Positions 59,702-64,000 of a stretch of 64,000 nucleotides of DNA are shown here, piece by piece. Below the pieces are notes generated by a model that was not told the DNA's origin, made no database searches, and saw only the letters and a program-made list of their open reading frames with translations. The translations under genes and the position numbers were made by a program. The DNA lies in the NCBI GenBank assembly GCA_977070855.1, contig OZ370866.1, positions 39,246,001 to 39,310,000 of the forward strand, read 5' to 3'. Numbering within the stretch: the first letter of the stretch is position 1; the number at the start of each line of letters is the position of its first letter. This stretch comes from Antalis vulgaris. Lineage: Eukaryota.

Positions 59702-60392
59702 TAGGACCATGCGAATCGGGGTTTTATGACTCGAATCGAATCGGGTTGTTGATTTAACACCGAATAGAATTTTCGAATCGAATCGAAGGATATCGATAAC
59801 GAGGTGTCGGGTCGTATAGCTCAGATTCGTTGGATGTGTAAGTCCATTGGTAACTTTACCGATCTGTGATCCTGCCGTTACTCACGTTTGCCAAAGCACT
59901 GTTACACGAACCCACAAACAAGTATTTTCCTGCATATGGAATCCGGATTATTCTTTGAGAATATGCAGGAAAATACTTGTTTGTAGGTTCGTGTAACAGT
60001 GTTTTGGCGAATTCCGGATATTGTAGGAAATAGAACGATATATATAAAAGTAGAGTCGTACTCGAAACTCTACTTTAGACCTAATAACGAAGCTCGTAGT
60101 GACTGGTGTGTGTCCAGTTATGCGATGATAGGATTCTCCCTTCTACATACAGTTATTCATGCGGTCATGATTAGCCGTTTTTGTGCAGAAATAAATTACC
60201 TTAAACACCAATGAATAAATGAATAATAAATCCAGTTAATCATAGCGTAGGTAAGTCATTCCGATCGATTTTCACATAGACATCTACATACAGCACGCTG
60301 GTAAAAAATTCCAGAGACTCGAGAATCGCTATTCGAAATCTGTACGTCGGATTCGAGGTTCGATTCGAAATTCGAATAATCGCATGGGACTA
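59702..60392. mobile_element. hAT-like non-autonomous element
   Basis: Perfect 8-bp TSD TGTGGTAC (59694-701, 60393-400). TIR TAGGACCATGCGA / TCGCATGGGACTA. Subterminal CGAAT/ATTCG repeats. Confidence 0.85.
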
Positions 60393-60429
60393 TGTGGTAC
60401 ATGATAACATCTCATAGACGGGCTTATGT

Positions 60430-60848
60430 TGACCCTTTACCCAACAGAGCAGGATTGAGAGGCTTGGAAAAGAAGCCAAAATAAACCACCCCAAGCCAAA
60501 AGAAATTCTTTACTCTTTCTGTGAAATCATACAAACATGGGTAACCTTAGAACAGGTCCAATGAATCGGTTCTAATGTTATCCACGTTTGTATGGTCTTA
60601 TTAGGCGAGCTTATGTTGACCCTTTACCAAACAGAGCGGTATTTTAAAGTCTTAGAAGGTAAGCCACCAAACCAAAAGAAATTATTTACTCTCTCTGTAA
60701 AATCCTACAAACATGGGTATCATTAGAACCGGTCCAATGAGTCGGTTCAAATGTTATCAGTGTTTGGATGGTCTAATTAAAAATATAAAATAATGGTAAT
60801 TTAATTTATCTTTTCTCTCAAAAAACTGTATTAGGTATAAAGGGTTCA
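60430..60848. mobile_element. Two tandem family-B-like MITE units
   Basis: GCTTATGTTGACCCTTTACC at ~60422 and ~60609. Each unit has the AGAAC(A/C)GG..CGGTTC hairpin. Ends TAAAGGGTT. Confidence 0.6.
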
Positions 60849-63799
60849 AATGGAAAGACGCATTTTTATATGTACACAAGTTGGGCTTCTAGTACCAAAC
60901 TGGGTCAGCAGATGCACCCCAAAAGTGTTTGAAAACATTTAAAAATACAACTCGGCAAATGTCAACTGCCTTGGTTTGCAGACTTCAATACATAAACTTG
61001 GGGTGAATAATTATTATATTAGGATAGATAGCAATAGCTGCCATCAAAAGGTTTGAGAAAAAATGAATGGACGCGTACCCCCTGTGTCCCCCTAGTTCTG
61101 CCGCCTATGGTACCAATTATAAGTTCTGGACCCACTTATTGTCAGGTTAGAATGTTTTCCCCTCATGCACCCTCCTACTTTTCTATTAGTGAAAGTCGCT
61201 TAGTGTTGAAAGACTTAAACGACTACCCAGCATGATAAACTAGCATTGGATCTTCAACGATATTGTACTTGGGGGGCTTCCTGTTCACCTAGTTCTTATT
61301 GTTCTCGTGAAAGTGTGAACAAGCTTTTGATGAAAGCGATTCCGACTATAGTTCACTTGGTTGGTTTTCTATTTTCGAACGTCATTTTTAGTGGTTTAGA
61401 TAAGTGGTGTGTTCCGCGAAAGTTTTTTTTTTTATTTTTAGTGGTTTGCATGAACGGGAAATAACAGGATAAGTCACAAAGACTTATCCTGTTATTTCCC
61501 GTTCATCCAAACCACTAAAAATGAGTAAAAATGTACATTATTCTTTTCATTTTCGAGTAGTTATCGAAAATACATATAAACTAAATATTTTAGGGAGAGG
61601 TATTTTAGGAAAGTAATAGGAAAGTGATAAAAAAATTCTAACAAAAGTATATATAAGGAATGAATATTTTAAACATTTTTTTTTCAAATTTATACAAATA
61701 TATAATTTTTTTATTTTCACATAATTATTTAAAATAATTATTAAATAAATAAGTATGTTAAGACATAAAAAAGAAATTATGTAAGAAATAAATCTTATCG
61801 ACTTAAAATTTATACAGATGTGATATATTTTAAAGAACGTGGGTGCTTATTTGTTCCTCACAAAGATGTCTTTGAAAATGCCCAATCGAGCTGTTATTGT
61901 GGGTTTAGGCAAAAACATAACTCGTTCACCCACTGAATGTCTCACCAAACACAATCATTCTTCATCAATCTCTTAATTAATTGCCAGGTCACTGTTTTGA
62001 TACAGACTATAGGGCTTGATGAAGTCTTGTCAAGATCGACCAAGTTGGCCAAACGGGAATAACCCAATGTACTTATTAACATGAGTTGAACAGTTTTTCT
62101 TAGCGTTTACAGTACCCCTTCGATAAGTATCATTGGAACAGATGTTGAAAGTCTGCGCAATCTGTGTTTACGTTTTTAATTTAGATTGCATAAACTGAGG
62201 GCGCGAGTCCGACTTAATGTATCCTACTCATCTCAATCAGAGATTTCTCTTGAAACAATAACAAATCCTGACCAATTACTGTCCCACTTTATCGTTTAAC
62301 TTCCCTCTCGCCGAGCATGTGGCGTGGGGATTGGCGTGCCATAAATGGTTTGTATTGTAAACGTGTTGTGGATACGTAAGAAGATCCGATGTCTCAAATC
62401 TCGCGTCTGCGCACATCTTTCCCGAGACCTCGTCCATCGTTGAAGAGTGTGGCGTCTTCCGTTTTGTTTTCAGTAGTGTTTAGAAACCTGGAATAACATC
62501 CCAGCATGGTGAGTGCCACTGAATAATTGTAAATTAATGTTCTCTTAGATTTTCTCTCTTTTTTTATAAATGATGTTTCCTCGCAGTCCCGTTTCCTGCA
62601 CATTTTTCTTTAATGTTATTTTTGTAATATTACGTTCTATTTCGGTAGTTAGTGTATCACACTTGTAACGTGTAACCTTACCGGCTTGTCTGCCTTAAAT
62701 AATTGAGATAAAAGTACGGTTTTGTTGGAGCAATGTTGATGCCATGTTTTGATCTAACCAAAAAGAGTGTATGTCCCGGCGGAAAAGTTACAGTTGAAAC
62801 TGAACGTCTTGTTAGTGTTTTTGCACTATTGAGATGAAATTGCGCGCTGAATATGCGCGCTTTAATTGTGGCCGACACGGTATGACATTCCTGCATATTT
62901 TCACCCCATGGATCACCGGGATAACCCGGTGATCCATGGGGTGAAAGTTTGCAGCAGCTTTATATTTTGTGTTGTTTTCATGAATAATCCTTGTTTATTT
63001 GAATAGATTTTGATATTATCCTGCAGTAATTAGTGCGTTGATTAACGAGGACATACCGCGCTAATTGTAACAAGACTTCTAGGTTTAACTGTTAATTGGG
63101 CAATCATTGGAAGTTCAAAGGTCCGGGGATTGCGTCGGAAAACACAATGTCTCGTGAAATGTAGCTCATAATAAGCGTAGCAGCCCGATGTTTACATGTG
63201 TAGCTCGGGTAAACATAGGACTGCTACGCTAATTTTGAGCGGAGTGAAATGTATTGTTTTGATACATTGTTTTGTGACTTTTCGATACAACCAAAGAAAA
63301 TAAAAAGTTTGGGGTTTTTTGCTTCCAAAACATAGGTTGTGACCCCACATTCGAATGAGCGTGTCACACTCATTCGAATGATAGGTCACAACCTATGTTT
63401 TGGTAGCAGAATATGAAAATCTTAAAAGAATTGATAAGCGATTTTAATGCATAGCGCTGGCCGGTTTTTGGCCATTACGTTAGAAATTGGGTTAACCTCC
63501 GCCATCAAAGTTGAAGGTTGATCTAATCATGAAGTTTTGAGCCTCGGGGCTTGGTGAAAGTTAGGGCCTTTTCAATAACTTGGCGCAAGTTAAGGCATTT
63601 TCAAAAGCTGCCGCTTGGTGCAAGACTGCAAGTTAGGGCCTTTTCAAAAGCTGAAGCTTTGCGCAAGTTAGGACCTATTTGAGTGCAATTCTAGTTTCGA
63701 CAGCACTGCCACAACAGACGGGCTCATGGTGACCCACATTTTTAGTTGCCACCTTTTGGAGTAGTAAATGAATATAAGGTGTTTTTCTTTAATTTTAAA

Positions 63800-64000
63800 T
63801 AGTGTTGAAACGATTAGCAATTTTAGAAAGTCGAATAGTCGTCGCTAGTAATCGACTTAAAATTGACTAGTCGTAAGACTTCCACGTTTACACGTACAAA
63901 TGTGAACGTTTTCAATTCTGACAAGCATTCACACGAAATGGAGTTTAAAAAGAGTACTTTTCCCACACAACGGTGACAGCATGGACGTGAGCACGGCGTC
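63800..64000. mobile_element. hAT-like family E copy, truncated by the window end
   Basis: TAGTGTTGAAACGATTAGCAATT... is near-identical to 30895-31112. Confidence 0.85.

Noticed and set aside
61800..62900. Possible decayed coding sequence
   Set aside because: Frequent stops and no identifiable domain; a BLASTX search would be needed.

Overview
This is repeat-rich animal genomic DNA (invertebrate-like, spliceosomal introns, one 100-N gap at 20076-20175). The only host gene I can support encodes a small two-EF-hand protein (coding exons 27018-27234 and 44133-44167) with a ~16.9-kb intron. The main finding lies in that intron: an 8,082-bp Maverick/Polinton-type element (34935-43016; AGTAGT...ACTACT termini, 6-bp TSD CTCAGC). 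It has no polymerase, integrase, ATPase, protease or capsid genes. Instead it carries four small genes with regularly spaced TATA/Inr promoters (two C2HC-zinc-finger + Polinton-core-like paralogs, an acidic helical protein, a PC4-like ssDNA-binding candidate) and a hairpin-rich GAGG/CCTC array. A second, gene-less, almost fully palindromic 3,223-bp element of the same family is nested in its right TIR (39229-42451, TSD GAAGAG). It looks like an integrated snap-back defective genome. Older relics of the family lie at ~52280-54429 and ~615-832. The window also contains a decayed CR1/L2-group LINE with an esterase ORF1 split by an antisense L1/Tx1 fragment, and a PAT/DIRS tyrosine-recombinase retrotransposon with split direct repeats. 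It further holds SINEs that carry either tRNA- or 5S-derived heads on one body, plus many non-autonomous piggyBac-, hAT-, Harbinger-, Helitron- and Helentron-like elements. Family assignments come from motif recognition only; no searches were run.
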